From: Candidatus Bathyarchaeota archaeon
GTDB taxonomy: Archaea > Thermoproteota > Bathyarchaeia > Bathyarchaeales > Bathycorpusculaceae
Direction of reading: 5' to 3'
DNA length: 64,000 bases
Assembly (NCBI GenBank): GCA_963702095.1
Contig: OY969706.1
Span: 256,001-320,000 of the forward strand
The position numbers were made by a program, and so were the translations under genes. This document shows positions 9,877-19,584 of the stretch, in pieces (position 1 is the first letter of the stretch; each line of letters starts with the position of its first letter). The notes under the pieces are model-generated. The model saw only the letters and a list, made by a program, of their open reading frames with translations. It had not been told where the DNA came from and searched no databases.

Positions 9877-11796
9877 CTATTTCTTCCTCTGTTTAGCTTT
9901 TATGAGGGCTAATTTTCCGCCGGCTAAAACCTGCTCTTTTTCATTGCGGCTCAAGTTCAGGCTTACAGTGATTTTTATGCCCTTGGTTTTGTCAACGACC
10001 ACCAAGTGCTCTTTTAACCCGTCAACCTCAAGTATCAACTCATCGCCCATTTCAACGGCATCATAGTCTTTTTTGTCAGCAAACGTCAAGGGCAGAATGC
10101 CGAAGTTTATGAGGTTCGCCAGGTGGATGCGTGCGAATGATTTGGCGATGATGGCTTTGACGCCGAGGTACTTCGGGGCCAAAGCTGCGTGTTCGCGGCT
10201 GCTGCCTTGACCATAGTTTTCGCCGCCCACGACAAATCCGCCGCTTTTTTCCATTGCGCGGCAGGCAAAGGTTTTATCTAAGTGGCAGAAGGTGTAGGTG
10301 CTGATTTCCGGGATGTTGCTGCGTAGGGACATGATTGCGCTGCCGCCGGGAATGATGTCGTCGGTTGTGATGTTGTCACCTGTTTTAAGCAGTACTTCTC
10401 CCGTCAATTTGGAGGGAAGCGGTGGAAAGTCTGGCAGGGGTTTGATGTTGGGTCCCATCGGAACTTTTGTGGTTACGCAGAAACTCGGTTGGATGAACAT
10501 TGCGTCGCTTAGCAGGAATTTCTCGGGCATCTTGATTTCCGGGTATTTGCCGAGTTTGCGTGGGTCAGTGATTTTGCCGTTTAGGGCTGCTGCCGCGGCG
10601 GTTTCGGGGCTGACTAAGTAGACTTTTGCGTCTTGTGTGCCGCTGCGTCCCTTGAAATTGCGGTTGAACGTGCGCAGAGAAACTCCTCCTGAAGGCGGAG
10701 CTTGTCCGATGCCGATACAGGGTCCACAGGCGTTCTCCAGCAATCTGGCGCCTGATTGGATGAAAGGTTCAATTTCCCATGCTGCAGCCAAATTCAACAT
10801 AACCTGCCGTGAACCCGCTGAAACGGTTAAGCTGGTGTTTTCGTTGACTTTTTTGCCTTTGAGCAGCGCTGAGACGATTTTGAGGTCCCGAAGGGACGAG
10901 TTGGTGCAGCTGCCGATGCAGACTTGGTCAACTGGGGTACCTTCGAGTTCAGCGACGGTTTTGACGCAGTCGGGGCTGTGGGGCAAGGCGATGAGGGGTT
11001 CGAGTTTGGAGAGGTCGATTTCTATGGTTTCGTCGTATGTTGCGTCTGGGTCAGCTTTGAGTTCTACCCACATTTCGGGGCGTCCCTCTGCGGTGAGAAA
11101 GGCTTTGGTGACTTCGTCAGAGGGGAAGATGCTGGTGGTGCAGCCTGTTTCGGTGCCCATGTTGGTGATTGTTCCACGTTCAGGCACGCTTAGGGTTTCT
11201 ATACCAGGGCCGTAGTATTCGAGGATTTTGTTTACGCCGCCTTTGACTGAGAGAATTTGGAGAATTTGGAGAATGAGGTCTTTGGCGGATACGAAAGGCT
11301 GCAGTTTGCCTGTGAGTTTGATGCCTACGATTTTGGGCATAACCAAATAGAAGGGTTCGCCTGCCATGGCTGCAGCGACGTCTAAGCCTCCTGCACCGAT
11401 GGCAATCATGCCCATGCCGCCTGCGGTGGGAGTGTGGCTGTCGCTGCCCAGAAGTGTTCTGCCGGGGCGGGCGAAGCGTTCAAGGTAGAGTTGGTGGCAG
11501 ATGCCGTTGCCGGGGCGGCTAAACACTATGCCGTATTTGGCTGCTACGCCTTGGAGGTAGCGGTGGTCGTCGGCGTTGCGGTAGTCGTTTTGGAGCATGT
11601 TGTGGTCGACGAAGCTGAAGCTTAACTCGGTTTTAACTTTGGGAACGCCCATGGCTTCGAATTCTAGGTATGCCATGGTGCCTGTGCTGTCCTGTGTGAG
11701 GGTGTGGTCGATTTTTATAGCGATTTCTTGGTCTGCAGCCATTTCGCCTTCAACTAAGTGTTTAGCTATGATTTTTTGAGCTAAGGTCTGCTTCAA
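9877..11796 (-). CDS. acn: Aconitate hydratase (single-chain, Aquifex-type)
   Basis: DSHT, IGSCTNSS, CGPCIG, NRNFKGR, DNITTDDI, NYGQGSSREHA. Confidence 0.92.
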   Translation of the reverse strand: MKQTLAQKIIAKHLVEGEMAADQEIAIKIDHTLTQDSTGTMAYLEFEAMGVPKVKTELSFSFVDHNMLQNDYRNADDHRYLQGVAAKYGIVFSRPGNGICHQLYLERFARPGRTLLGSDSHTPTAGGMGMIAIGAGGLDVAAAMAGEPFYLVMPKIVGIKLTGKLQPFVSAKDLILQILQILSVKGGVNKILEYYGPGIETLSVPERGTITNMGTETGCTTSIFPSDEVTKAFLTAEGRPEMWVELKADPDATYDETIEIDLSKLEPLIALPHSPDCVKTVAELEGTPVDQVCIGSCTNSSLRDLKIVSALLKGKKVNENTSLTVSAGSRQVMLNLAAAWEIEPFIQSGARLLENACGPCIGIGQAPPSGGVSLRTFNRNFKGRSGTQDAKVYLVSPETAAAAALNGKITDPRKLGKYPEIKMPEKFLLSDAMFIQPSFCVTTKVPMGPNIKPLPDFPPLPSKLTGEVLLKTGDNITTDDIIPGGSAIMSLRSNIPEISTYTFCHLDKTFACRAMEKSGGFVVGGENYGQGSSREHAALAPKYLGVKAIIAKSFARIHLANLINFGILPLTFADKKDYDAVEMGDELILEVDGLKEHLVVVDKTKGIKITVSLNLSRNEKEQVLAGGKLALIKAKQRKK

Positions 11797-11946
11797 GTTA
11801 CTCTTCCTCGTTAATCGTGTCGTAGTTATACGCCAATTGGGAGCAGAGAAATTTTAAGTTTCGCATGTCACTTGAAGGTTTAAATCCTAAAAAGACGATA
11901 AAAAGTGAATAGTTAATCACTATAACAGACAAGAGGCACCACGAGT

Positions 11947-12714
11947 TTGTCGTTTAAAGGTAAAATGCAAGAAGCAGCCAAAAGCAAAAACTCACCGCTA
12001 GTTCTGGCGCTTGATTTCCCCTTTGAAGCCGCTGAAAACCGCAACAACATCCTAATCAAAGCACAGAAAATCCTCAAAGCCGTCCACCCCTACATTGCAG
12101 CAGTAAAAATCAACCATCACCTCACCCTGCCCCTTGGCACCTTCGACGGCGTCCAATTTCTCGTCGAACAAATCCGTGGACAAGGCTTGCTGGCTATCAT
12201 GGATGCAAAAGTCAATGACATCGGAGCCACCAACCAAACTATAGCCGAATACTACTACGCCGCAGGTTTCGACGCCATCATCGCCAACCCATTCGTCGGC
12301 TGGGAAGAAGGCTTAAAACCCCTCTTCGACGTTTCCAAACGCCTCAACCGCGGCGTCATTCTGTTAACTTACATGAGCCACAAAGGCGCCGCTGAAGGGT
12401 ACGGCCAAACCATCGTTGACCCCTACACTGGGCAACAGATGCTACAGTACATTTCTTTTGCTAATAAAGCGCTGCAGTGGGGTGCTGACGGCGTCGTGGT
12501 GGGCGCTACGGTTCCCGAAAAGATTGCTGAGGTAAAGCGGATTTTGGAGGATAAAGTCGAGATTTACTCGCCGGGCGTAGGAGTTCAAGGCGGCGGGGCT
12601 GTGGCGGCGGTTAGGGCTGGCGCAAACTATTTGATCGTTGGCAGAGAAATAACTATGGCGTCTGACCCTGCGGAGTCGGCTCAGAGGATTCTGTGTTCAA
12701 TAAAAGGGGTTTAG
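11947..12714 (+). CDS. pyrF: Orotidine 5'-phosphate decarboxylase
   Basis: LALD, DAKVNDIGATN (DxKxxDIxxT), SPGVGVQGG, IVGR. Confidence 0.93.
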   Translation: MSFKGKMQEAAKSKNSPLVLALDFPFEAAENRNNILIKAQKILKAVHPYIAAVKINHHLTLPLGTFDGVQFLVEQIRGQGLLAIMDAKVNDIGATNQTIAEYYYAAGFDAIIANPFVGWEEGLKPLFDVSKRLNRGVILLTYMSHKGAAEGYGQTIVDPYTGQQMLQYISFANKALQWGADGVVVGATVPEKIAEVKRILEDKVEIYSPGVGVQGGGAVAAVRAGANYLIVGREITMASDPAESAQRILCSIKGV

Positions 12715-12718
12715 GCGG

Positions 12719-12874
12719 TTATCTGCCGCGTTTGTTTTCCCAGAGTTCTTTTTTAAGCAGGTCACGGACTGAGCTGCGGATGACGCTGCTTCTGCTTGGA
12801 TACATGTTTGCTCGAACCAATTCATCTAAGCCTTCGAGGTAGGCTTCTGGTAATAGGACTGTTACAAGTTTCAT
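12719..12874 (-). CDS. Ribbon-helix-helix (CopG/CdrS-like) regulator, 51 aa
   Basis: Manual translation MKLVTVLLPEAYLEGLDELVRANMYPSRSSVIRSSVRDLLKKELW; GGGAG upstream. Confidence 0.88.
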   Translation of the reverse strand: MKLVTVLLPEAYLEGLDELVRANMYPSRSSVIRSSVRDLLKKELWENKRGR

Positions 12875-12954
12875 TTTTGTTTTCTCTCCCTTAAACTATG
12901 TATGCCATATGTTATGTGGCAAATATAAGAGTTAGCCCCTAAAAGAACAGCCAT

Positions 12955-13797
12955 CTACAAACGCCTAAGCTGATTTAACGTACCCAAATAAGTACCATCC
13001 AAAAGATATAGTTCAGCATCATCCACATCCACAGCTTCTGAGCGCAACACGGGTCCAATCAATGCTTCGGCGCCGCTTTCTTTTCTGGGTCGCGATTCGT
13101 TTATGGGTCTGCCGCCTAAGAAGTCGTTAAAACTGGGGATAATGAAGAGCTCCGAGGCTTTGGGTTTGACGCCGAAGTGTTTCTGCAGGGTTTTCTCTAT
13201 TGAACCCTCGATTTTCACTTTGCTTTTCTGCAACAGAATTCTCGCTAAGGCTTCAGTGTCTAGGGTTGCCCTCATCCACACTTGCCGCGTCAACTTGCAG
13301 CCAGTTGGGTCCCTGAAAACCACCACAGGATGCAGATGCCCCATAACCAGCGTCTTGCAGCCCAACAACGCAGGCGACGGCCATTTGTGTCCATGGAAAA
13401 CGCCTACGTCGCCGATGACTGCGCCGGTGGCAGGCAGAAATTCGACTTTTTCTGGGAGAAGCGGTTCAAGGTTAGCGTCATGGTTCCCCCGCACAACCGA
13501 TATCTTGCCAACGCAGTTTTCGAGTTTTTTGAAGAATTCGGGGATGTCTTGCCACTCTGCCATTTGGCTGGAAACCACCGTGTACTTGACGTCGCCCAGA
13601 ATCACCAGTTCAGCAGGCTTGTACTCGGCGAGAATGGCGGACAGTTTGGCGAGGAGTTTGCTGGTTTGGCTTGGCACGTGGATGCCTTTTTCCTGCAGCT
13701 CCATTTCCCAGCCGATGTGAGGATCAGCGATAAGCAGTGTCCTGGTTTTTCCGTTTTTCACCATAGCAGCGGGATGGGGCAAAAGCAGACTAAACAT
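12955..13797 (-). CDS. Metallophosphoesterase (calcineurin-like)
   Basis: ADPHIG, LGD, RGNHD, FHGH, GHLHP; start at MFSLL overlapping the upstream stop. Confidence 0.9.
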   Translation of the reverse strand: MFSLLLPHPAAMVKNGKTRTLLIADPHIGWEMELQEKGIHVPSQTSKLLAKLSAILAEYKPAELVILGDVKYTVVSSQMAEWQDIPEFFKKLENCVGKISVVRGNHDANLEPLLPEKVEFLPATGAVIGDVGVFHGHKWPSPALLGCKTLVMGHLHPVVVFRDPTGCKLTRQVWMRATLDTEALARILLQKSKVKIEGSIEKTLQKHFGVKPKASELFIIPSFNDFLGGRPINESRPRKESGAEALIGPVLRSEAVDVDDAELYLLDGTYLGTLNQLRRL

Positions 13798-14617
13798 TCT
13801 TGACCAAGCTGAGGATCTGTTTGTGTAGTTCTTTGTTCGCTGAAGCAATGAAGTTAAGCGTTTGCTTGGGGTCAAGGGGCACGTTGATAGGTTGATTTTT
13901 TGTGTCGGTTACTGTTGCACCTGCTTCTTTGGCTATGATAAAGCCTGCGGCGACGTCGGTTGTACGGATTTTGCTCCGCAAATCAATGAAGGCATCAGTT
14001 AACCCCTCTGCAACATAGCAGATTTCTAGGGCGTTAGCGCCAAAATGTCTAGTGTGCCTAGTTTCATGTATTACTTTGGTGAAGGTTTCGACGTCGGCTT
14101 CGGTTTTGTAAGTGTTTATGTCTAAGCCTACTACGGCTTCATCTATCGAAGTAGTTTTTGATGTGTGCATGGGCTTGCCGTTTCGGTAGGTGCCCTTCCC
14201 CTCAAATGCCATGTAGGTTACGCCGTGGGCAAGATCAGCCACCATGCCTGCGTATACAGAGGCAAGTTCTGGTTTGCCAGAAACAGCTATTGAGGAGGCG
14301 TAGAATGGCAAGCCGTGGGTTAGGTTGGTGGTGCCATCTATGGGGTCAACTGTGATGTAGCAGCTTTGGGGGGATTCACCGTATTTTTTGATGCCGGATT
14401 CTTCGCTGACCAACGTGAAGGATACGCCATGCCGTTTTAGGGTGTCTACTATGGCTGTTTCTGCGGCTAAGTCGACGGGTTTCATCATGTCGCCGCCTGC
14501 GTTGACGCCTAAATTGGGCTGTGGCATCCGTATGGCTGATAGAGAGGGGATGATGGCGGCTTGAACGTTGTTTTGGCATTCGATGAGGATTTGTTGCCAG
14601 TCTGGTTGGTTTTTCAT
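13790..14617 (-). CDS. suhB: Inositol monophosphatase / class IV fructose-1,6-bisphosphatase
   Basis: SEESG, DPIDGTTN, DVAAGFIIAKEAG. Confidence 0.88.
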   Translation of the reverse strand: MKNQPDWQQILIECQNNVQAAIIPSLSAIRMPQPNLGVNAGGDMMKPVDLAAETAIVDTLKRHGVSFTLVSEESGIKKYGESPQSCYITVDPIDGTTNLTHGLPFYASSIAVSGKPELASVYAGMVADLAHGVTYMAFEGKGTYRNGKPMHTSKTTSIDEAVVGLDINTYKTEADVETFTKVIHETRHTRHFGANALEICYVAEGLTDAFIDLRSKIRTTDVAAGFIIAKEAGATVTDTKNQPINVPLDPKQTLNFIASANKELHKQILSLVKNV

Positions 14618-14720
14618 TGCTTAACCTTCGCATCTATATTTGCAGGCAAGTTGATAAAGAATTTACTTTTTCGGGGACTTTTGAAATTAATAAATTATTT
14701 ATCCGTAATAGTGATAGTTA

Positions 14721-16148
14721 ATGTTGAGGAATGACAGTCGCTTGAAAGCTGATAGTGCCCTGTCGGTGATTTTGTTTGTTGTTATTCTATCGTCGTCCTT
14801 GCTGGTTTATGTTGAGCCTGCTTCAGCCAACGCCGATAGTGAGAATACTTGGCAGGCGGCGGCGCCGTTGCCGGAAGCTGTTGTTGGGGGTAGAGCGGGT
14901 GTTGTGGATGGGAAAGTCTACGTTATGGACGGTTATCTTAATTACCAGTATGACCCGTCGACAAATACTTGGACGGCTAAAAAACCTATGCCTACACCTA
15001 GGCTCCAGTTTGGAATGGCTGTGTGGCAAGACAAAATATACGTAATAGGCGGGGGGAAAGGCGTGGATTCTACGAATTATCGCTGGAGCCTCTTGTCTGA
15101 TGCAGTTGAAGTCTATGATCCTTCAACTGACACTTGGCAGACTAAGCAGCCGATGCCGACTGCCAGAGTCCAATTACAGGCAAGCGTTGTTAACGGTCAA
15201 ATCTACTTGGTGGGTGGAAAGGAGGATAACCAAAATAAGGTTAATTTAAACGAAGTTTACAATATTGCTAACGATTCGTGGTCAACGGCAGAGCCAATTC
15301 CCTATGCAGTTTACAGTTATACGTCAGCGGTATGCGACGACAAAATCTACATAATTGGCGGTCAAAGCCTGCAGGCGCCGATACTGAATCTTAATTACGC
15401 CCAAATCTATGACTGTGCCAATAACTCTTGGAGTTTTAGTGCTCCTATGCCCACTTCAGTAACGTATGCCGCTGCATGTGCAACAACAGGCGAAGCGGCG
15501 TCTAGAAGAATATATGTTATAGGCGGGGTTTTGGAGGGCAGCTATGACCATGTTGTTTTGGGTGATGTGCAGATTTATGATCCGCAGACTGATTCGTGGA
15601 CGTTTGGCGCATCGATGCCTTCAGTCCGAAACTCTCATACCGTTGCCGCTGTTGATGATAGATTGTACGCGATAGGTGGCAAACCCTACGGTGAGCCTCA
15701 TCCTGTACTATCTGGTGATAAGGATACGTTTACGCATAATGAGGTTTACACGCCGTTTGGTTATGGTGTGCCTGATCCTGCGTATGTGTTTGAGCATACG
15801 CCGCCGCGTGTGACGCTTGAGTCTTCGCTGAATGGGACGACTTTTACTAATTCGTCTGTGCCCTTGGTTTTCTGTGTGGATAAAGTGTTGGATTGGGCTG
15901 GTTATAGTCTGGATGGGCAGGGGAACGTAACTGTATCGGGTAACTTTACTTTGACTGAGCTCTCCAGCGGCACACACAGCGTTGTGGTTTACGCTAACGA
16001 CACCTATGGCAACATGGGTGTCTCTGAAGCCCTGGCTTTCAGTGTAGCGGAGCTCTTTCCAGTGGCGTTTGTGGTTATTGCGGTTTTAGCTGTTGCCGTA
16101 GTCGGTGTGGTTGCTGGTGTGGTTGTTTTCTTTAAGAGACGCCGATGA
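14721..16148 (+). CDS. Kelch-repeat surface protein with Ig-like domain and C-terminal TM anchor
   Basis: Repeated IYVIGG...YDP.T.TW; GTHSVVVYANDTYGN; TM plus KRRR tail. Confidence 0.9.
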   Translation: MLRNDSRLKADSALSVILFVVILSSSLLVYVEPASANADSENTWQAAAPLPEAVVGGRAGVVDGKVYVMDGYLNYQYDPSTNTWTAKKPMPTPRLQFGMAVWQDKIYVIGGGKGVDSTNYRWSLLSDAVEVYDPSTDTWQTKQPMPTARVQLQASVVNGQIYLVGGKEDNQNKVNLNEVYNIANDSWSTAEPIPYAVYSYTSAVCDDKIYIIGGQSLQAPILNLNYAQIYDCANNSWSFSAPMPTSVTYAAACATTGEAASRRIYVIGGVLEGSYDHVVLGDVQIYDPQTDSWTFGASMPSVRNSHTVAAVDDRLYAIGGKPYGEPHPVLSGDKDTFTHNEVYTPFGYGVPDPAYVFEHTPPRVTLESSLNGTTFTNSSVPLVFCVDKVLDWAGYSLDGQGNVTVSGNFTLTELSSGTHSVVVYANDTYGNMGVSEALAFSVAELFPVAFVVIAVLAVAVVGVVAGVVVFFKRRR

Positions 16149-16176
16149 GTATTGCGGGAAAAAACAGGTCGATACA

Positions 16177-16347
16177 TGCTTTCACACCCACCGCGGCGGC
16201 TTCAACATGGAGACATGCAGGGCATGTGAAAGAAAACGCATATCCCACACCGAAACAGACGCAGAAAAACATTGCAAACCCAAAACACAACCGCATCCAG
16301 TTGCAGTCTTATGCTGCCCCGTAAACTGCAACACCCACATAAAGAGA
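16177..16347. repeat. Dispersed intergenic repeat, sub-family B copy 1
   Basis: Aligns to the reverse complement of 46703-46874, e.g. CATGTG..AGAAAACGC, CCACACC.AAACAGACGCA, TTGCAAACCCA, TGCAGTCTT. Confidence 0.8.
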
Positions 16348-16500
16348 CAGAAGTGTACAGGTCAACAAAACCTCCGTTATGTCAACCAAGTTTTAGCTGT
16401 GCGCGTTGAGGTCAGCTTTGACCATGAAAAAGCAATGCATCGTCCATAACACAAAAAAACCCCTCCTTTCTCCAATAATAGAGAACTCTGGTGACTACAA

Positions 16501-16863
16501 TTGGTTAAGAAACCTCATGTCTCAACCATATTCAAACGAGCAATAAAGAGCACGTTTTCTAAGCCAGCGACCGAACTCTACCCCGCCCAGAAGCCTGTGC
16601 TGCCCGAAAAGTACCGTGGAGAACCCTGCTTTGACTTCCAAGCATGCATCGGCTGCGGCTTATGCGCCAGAGACTGCCCCGCCAAAGCCATCGAAATGGT
16701 CACGGTCGACGGGAAAAAAAGGCGCCCGCAGATTAACCTCGCCAAATGCATTTTCTGTTACCAATGCGCCGAGACCTGCCCCAAGAAAGCGATAAGCACC
16801 TCCTGTGTTTACGAGTTGGCAACAACCGACAAGTCGGATTTGGTTGTGAAACCCCCAAGTTAA
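16501..16863 (+). CDS. 2x[4Fe-4S] ferredoxin (NuoI/hydrogenase small subunit-like)
   Basis: CIGCGLCARDCP and CIFCYQCAETCP; TELYP and YRG motifs. Confidence 0.9.
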   Translation: MVKKPHVSTIFKRAIKSTFSKPATELYPAQKPVLPEKYRGEPCFDFQACIGCGLCARDCPAKAIEMVTVDGKKRRPQINLAKCIFCYQCAETCPKKAISTSCVYELATTDKSDLVVKPPS

Positions 16864-17007
16864 CCCTAAACCCTGATTCCTTTTAATCGGCGGGTATGGG
16901 GCTGCAAGCATACGTTTGTAAACCAGAATTCAGCCAAGTTGAAAACAGAAAAACCATGAAAACTCTTAAATTATACAAAAGCCCACAGAAGAGACAAGGT
17001 CTCGTCA

Positions 17008-18015
17008 ATGGCACCAAGTAATAGTTCATTTGAAATTCAAAGTTACGACGAAAAAAAGCAAATGTACTTTGTTAAAACAAAATATGGCGTTGTACAGGTA
17101 CAGGATACTTTTGCAGAAATGTTCCCGCTTTGGGCAGCAAGAGTATTAATCACTGCCGCAAACGAGAAATGGGCAGAAATCGCCGCGTCCATAACAACCG
17201 GCTACGCAACAAGCGTTATAGCCGCCTCAGCTGAAGCATCCGTTGAACGGTCTGTTCCAGCCAGCGAGACACCAGACAAACGCCCCGGCATCCTAATTCA
17301 AATTTACAATAAAGACCGTTTTGAACTCAAACACTCCCTTATGGGACGCATTGGTCAGTGCACCATGACCTGCCCAACCACCGCAGCCTTCAACGGGCTT
17401 TTGGGCAAACGCGTATTGCTCATCGGCAGCAGCCTCCGCTACTTCGGCGACGGCTTCCAAGGAAAATCTCTAATCGGCGGACGCAAATGCTGGAAAATCC
17501 CAGTTATGGAAGGCAACTTTTTCGTAGAAGACGGCTTCGGTGCCACAGAAGCGGTTGCAGGTGGCAACTTTATGATATTCGCTAAAACAGACGCTGAGTG
17601 CCTTGCAGCTTCAGAAGCAGCCGTGGACGCCATCCGCGCGCAAGTTCCCGATGTCATCATGCCTTTCCCAGGCGGTGTCTGCCGCTCAGGAAGCAAAGCG
17701 GGCTCACTGAAATACAAGCTTAAGGCTTCAACTAACCACGTTTACTGCCCAACGCTTCGTGAAATCGTACCCGACACTGTTGTTCCAGAGGGATGCACAA
17801 GCGTTTTAGAGATAGTCATTAACGGTTTAACCCTTGATGTAGTCAAGAAAGCCATGACAGTCGGTGTACAGGCAGCCCTCACTTGCCCAGGCATCATAAA
17901 AATTTCTGCAGGCAACTACGGCGGCAAACTCGGGCCATTCAAAGCTTACCTAAAAGAAGCCATAGGCGTCCCTGAACCAGCCCCTGCAGCAGCGCCAAAA
18001 GCACCCAAAGCCTAA
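17008..18015 (+). CDS. ftr: Formylmethanofuran-tetrahydromethanopterin N-formyltransferase
   Basis: DTFAEMF, TPDKRPG, RIGQCTMTCPT, PFPGGVCRSGSK, ISAGNYGGKLG. Confidence 0.95.
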   Translation: MAPSNSSFEIQSYDEKKQMYFVKTKYGVVQVQDTFAEMFPLWAARVLITAANEKWAEIAASITTGYATSVIAASAEASVERSVPASETPDKRPGILIQIYNKDRFELKHSLMGRIGQCTMTCPTTAAFNGLLGKRVLLIGSSLRYFGDGFQGKSLIGGRKCWKIPVMEGNFFVEDGFGATEAVAGGNFMIFAKTDAECLAASEAAVDAIRAQVPDVIMPFPGGVCRSGSKAGSLKYKLKASTNHVYCPTLREIVPDTVVPEGCTSVLEIVINGLTLDVVKKAMTVGVQAALTCPGIIKISAGNYGGKLGPFKAYLKEAIGVPEPAPAAAPKAPKA

Positions 18016-18095
18016 CCGACTTTTTTGGAGTCGGAACTTTTATTTTCCTCATCTTAACGTAAGTATTTGAATTACCTTTATTTCAGTGAAGCTAA

Positions 18096-19365
18096 TTGAG
18101 TACCGCAAAAAAAAGCTCCCTATGAACTATTCAGGCTAAGAAAAACCATCAACTCATTAGCCCGCAAAGAGGGCAGTCACACAGAGTTAATTACGATTTA
18201 TGTGCCGCCTGACAAACAAATCAGCGACGCCCTAAACCTGCTCCGCAACGAATACGGCACCGCAAGCAACATCAAATCCAACGTCACCCGCAAAAACGTG
18301 CTGGACGCCATCACCAAGGCACAGCAGAAACTAAAACTCTTCAAAGACCCAGGTGAAAAAGGCATCGTCATCTTCACTGGCGCATTGCCACAGGAAGGCG
18401 GCGGACCCGGAACCGAACGCATGGAAAGCTACGTCATTGTCCCCCCTGACCCCATCAGGATTTTCCTCTATCGATGTGACAGCCGCTTCCACACTGAGCA
18501 TCTGCAAGAGATGCTGCGGGAAAAAGAAACCTATGGCATCTTACTGGTGGACGCTAATAATGCTACGATAGCCACTCTGCAGGGGAAACGGCTAGATATC
18601 GTTCGCCAAATGCATTCTGGTGTTGCAGGCAAAACTAAAGCTGGCGGTCAATCAGCCAGGCGTTACGAGCGGCTCCGCGACATGCAGCTAACCGAATATT
18701 TCACCCGCGTCGGCGCTCATGCAAACGAGATTTTCCTCCCCATAGACACTCTCAAAGGCATAATCATCGGTGGACCGGGACCAACAAAGTTTGATTTCGA
18801 AAAAGGCGATTTCCTGCATTATCAGTTGAAAAACAAAATCTTAGACACCGTCGACACCGCGTACGTTGAGGAACAAGGCGTTAAAGAAGTTATGGATAAA
18901 GCGCCTGAAATCATGAAGAAAGTTCGCTACATCGAAGAGAAAGAACTCATGCAGAAGTTCCTCTTTGAAGTCGGGCATGACAGCGGATTAATCACTTACG
19001 GCGAAGCAGAAGTTCGGCGCTTGATGAATGCTGGCGCGGTCCGAATGGTTCTGCTCTCAGAAGACGTGGATTTGGTCCGCATAACAGTCAAATGCAGTGC
19101 ATGCGGCTACCAAGAGGAACACACCGTTAAAAGCAAAGACTTAGCCGACTTCGAAAAAGGCTTAATCGGGAAACCATGCAGCGGATGCCAAGCACCCTCC
19201 ATGACGATTGTAGACAAAAAAGACATCGTCGACGACCTGGCAGAACTAGCTCAACTAACCAACACTGAAATCGAGGTTATTTCCAGTGAAACCGAAGAGG
19301 GGCAGATGCTTAAAAACGCCTTCGGCGGCATAGCAGCCATGCTGCGCTTCAAAATGCAAGGCTAA
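18096..19365 (+). CDS. prf1: Peptide chain release factor aRF1; +1 frame discontinuity near codon 9
   Basis: NIKS, YRCDSRF, GGQS; conserved N-terminus ELFRLRK...TELITIYVPP lies upstream of the track start; TTG 18096 is out of frame by one base. Confidence 0.93.
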
Positions 19366-19427
19366 GTGCCTGTTGCTCTGCATATACCTTCCCTCCCCTA
19401 TTTGTTAGTTGATTCAATTTTGGGCTT

Positions 19428-19494
19428 TTTTGTTTTTTCTAGTATTAGAAGATGAGAGTTCCGCCCTTACGCATCTTCTTCTAGTAGGCTTGGC
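19428..19494. repeat. Dispersed intergenic hairpin repeat, sub-family A copy 1
   Basis: 5 differences in 67 nt versus the reverse complement of 32818-32883; stem AGAAGATG/CATCTTCT. Confidence 0.9.
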
Positions 19495-19584
19495 AACCGT
19501 CTGTGTTTTTGCGCCAAGCAGAACACCAATTTTGGTCAACAGATAAAGCAGCTTGGACATCAAAAAAGTACTCTAAGACGTGCC

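Noticed and set aside
10298-11779. Long antisense ORFs over aconitase (likewise over rbcL, AMP phosphorylase, the metallophosphoesterase and ribosomal genes)
   Set aside because: Shadow frames of strongly supported genes with no motifs of their own
16105-16449. Cys-rich ORFs over repeat B (also 46689-46923)
   Set aside because: Starts and stops are not conserved between copies; best explained by GT/CA composition
17008-18015. Methanogenesis inferred from ftr
   Set aside because: Ftr is shared with the H4MPT Wood-Ljungdahl pathway; no mcr or mtr genes here
18086-18115. -1 frameshift at A AAA AAG from GTG 18086 into aRF1
   Set aside because: That GTG looks like part of the SD-like AGTGA for TTG 18096, and no stimulatory structure is evident
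19428-19494. SECIS element function for the 3' hairpin
   Set aside because: rbcL has no in-frame UGA, and read-through of the aRF1 UGA would not restore the frame
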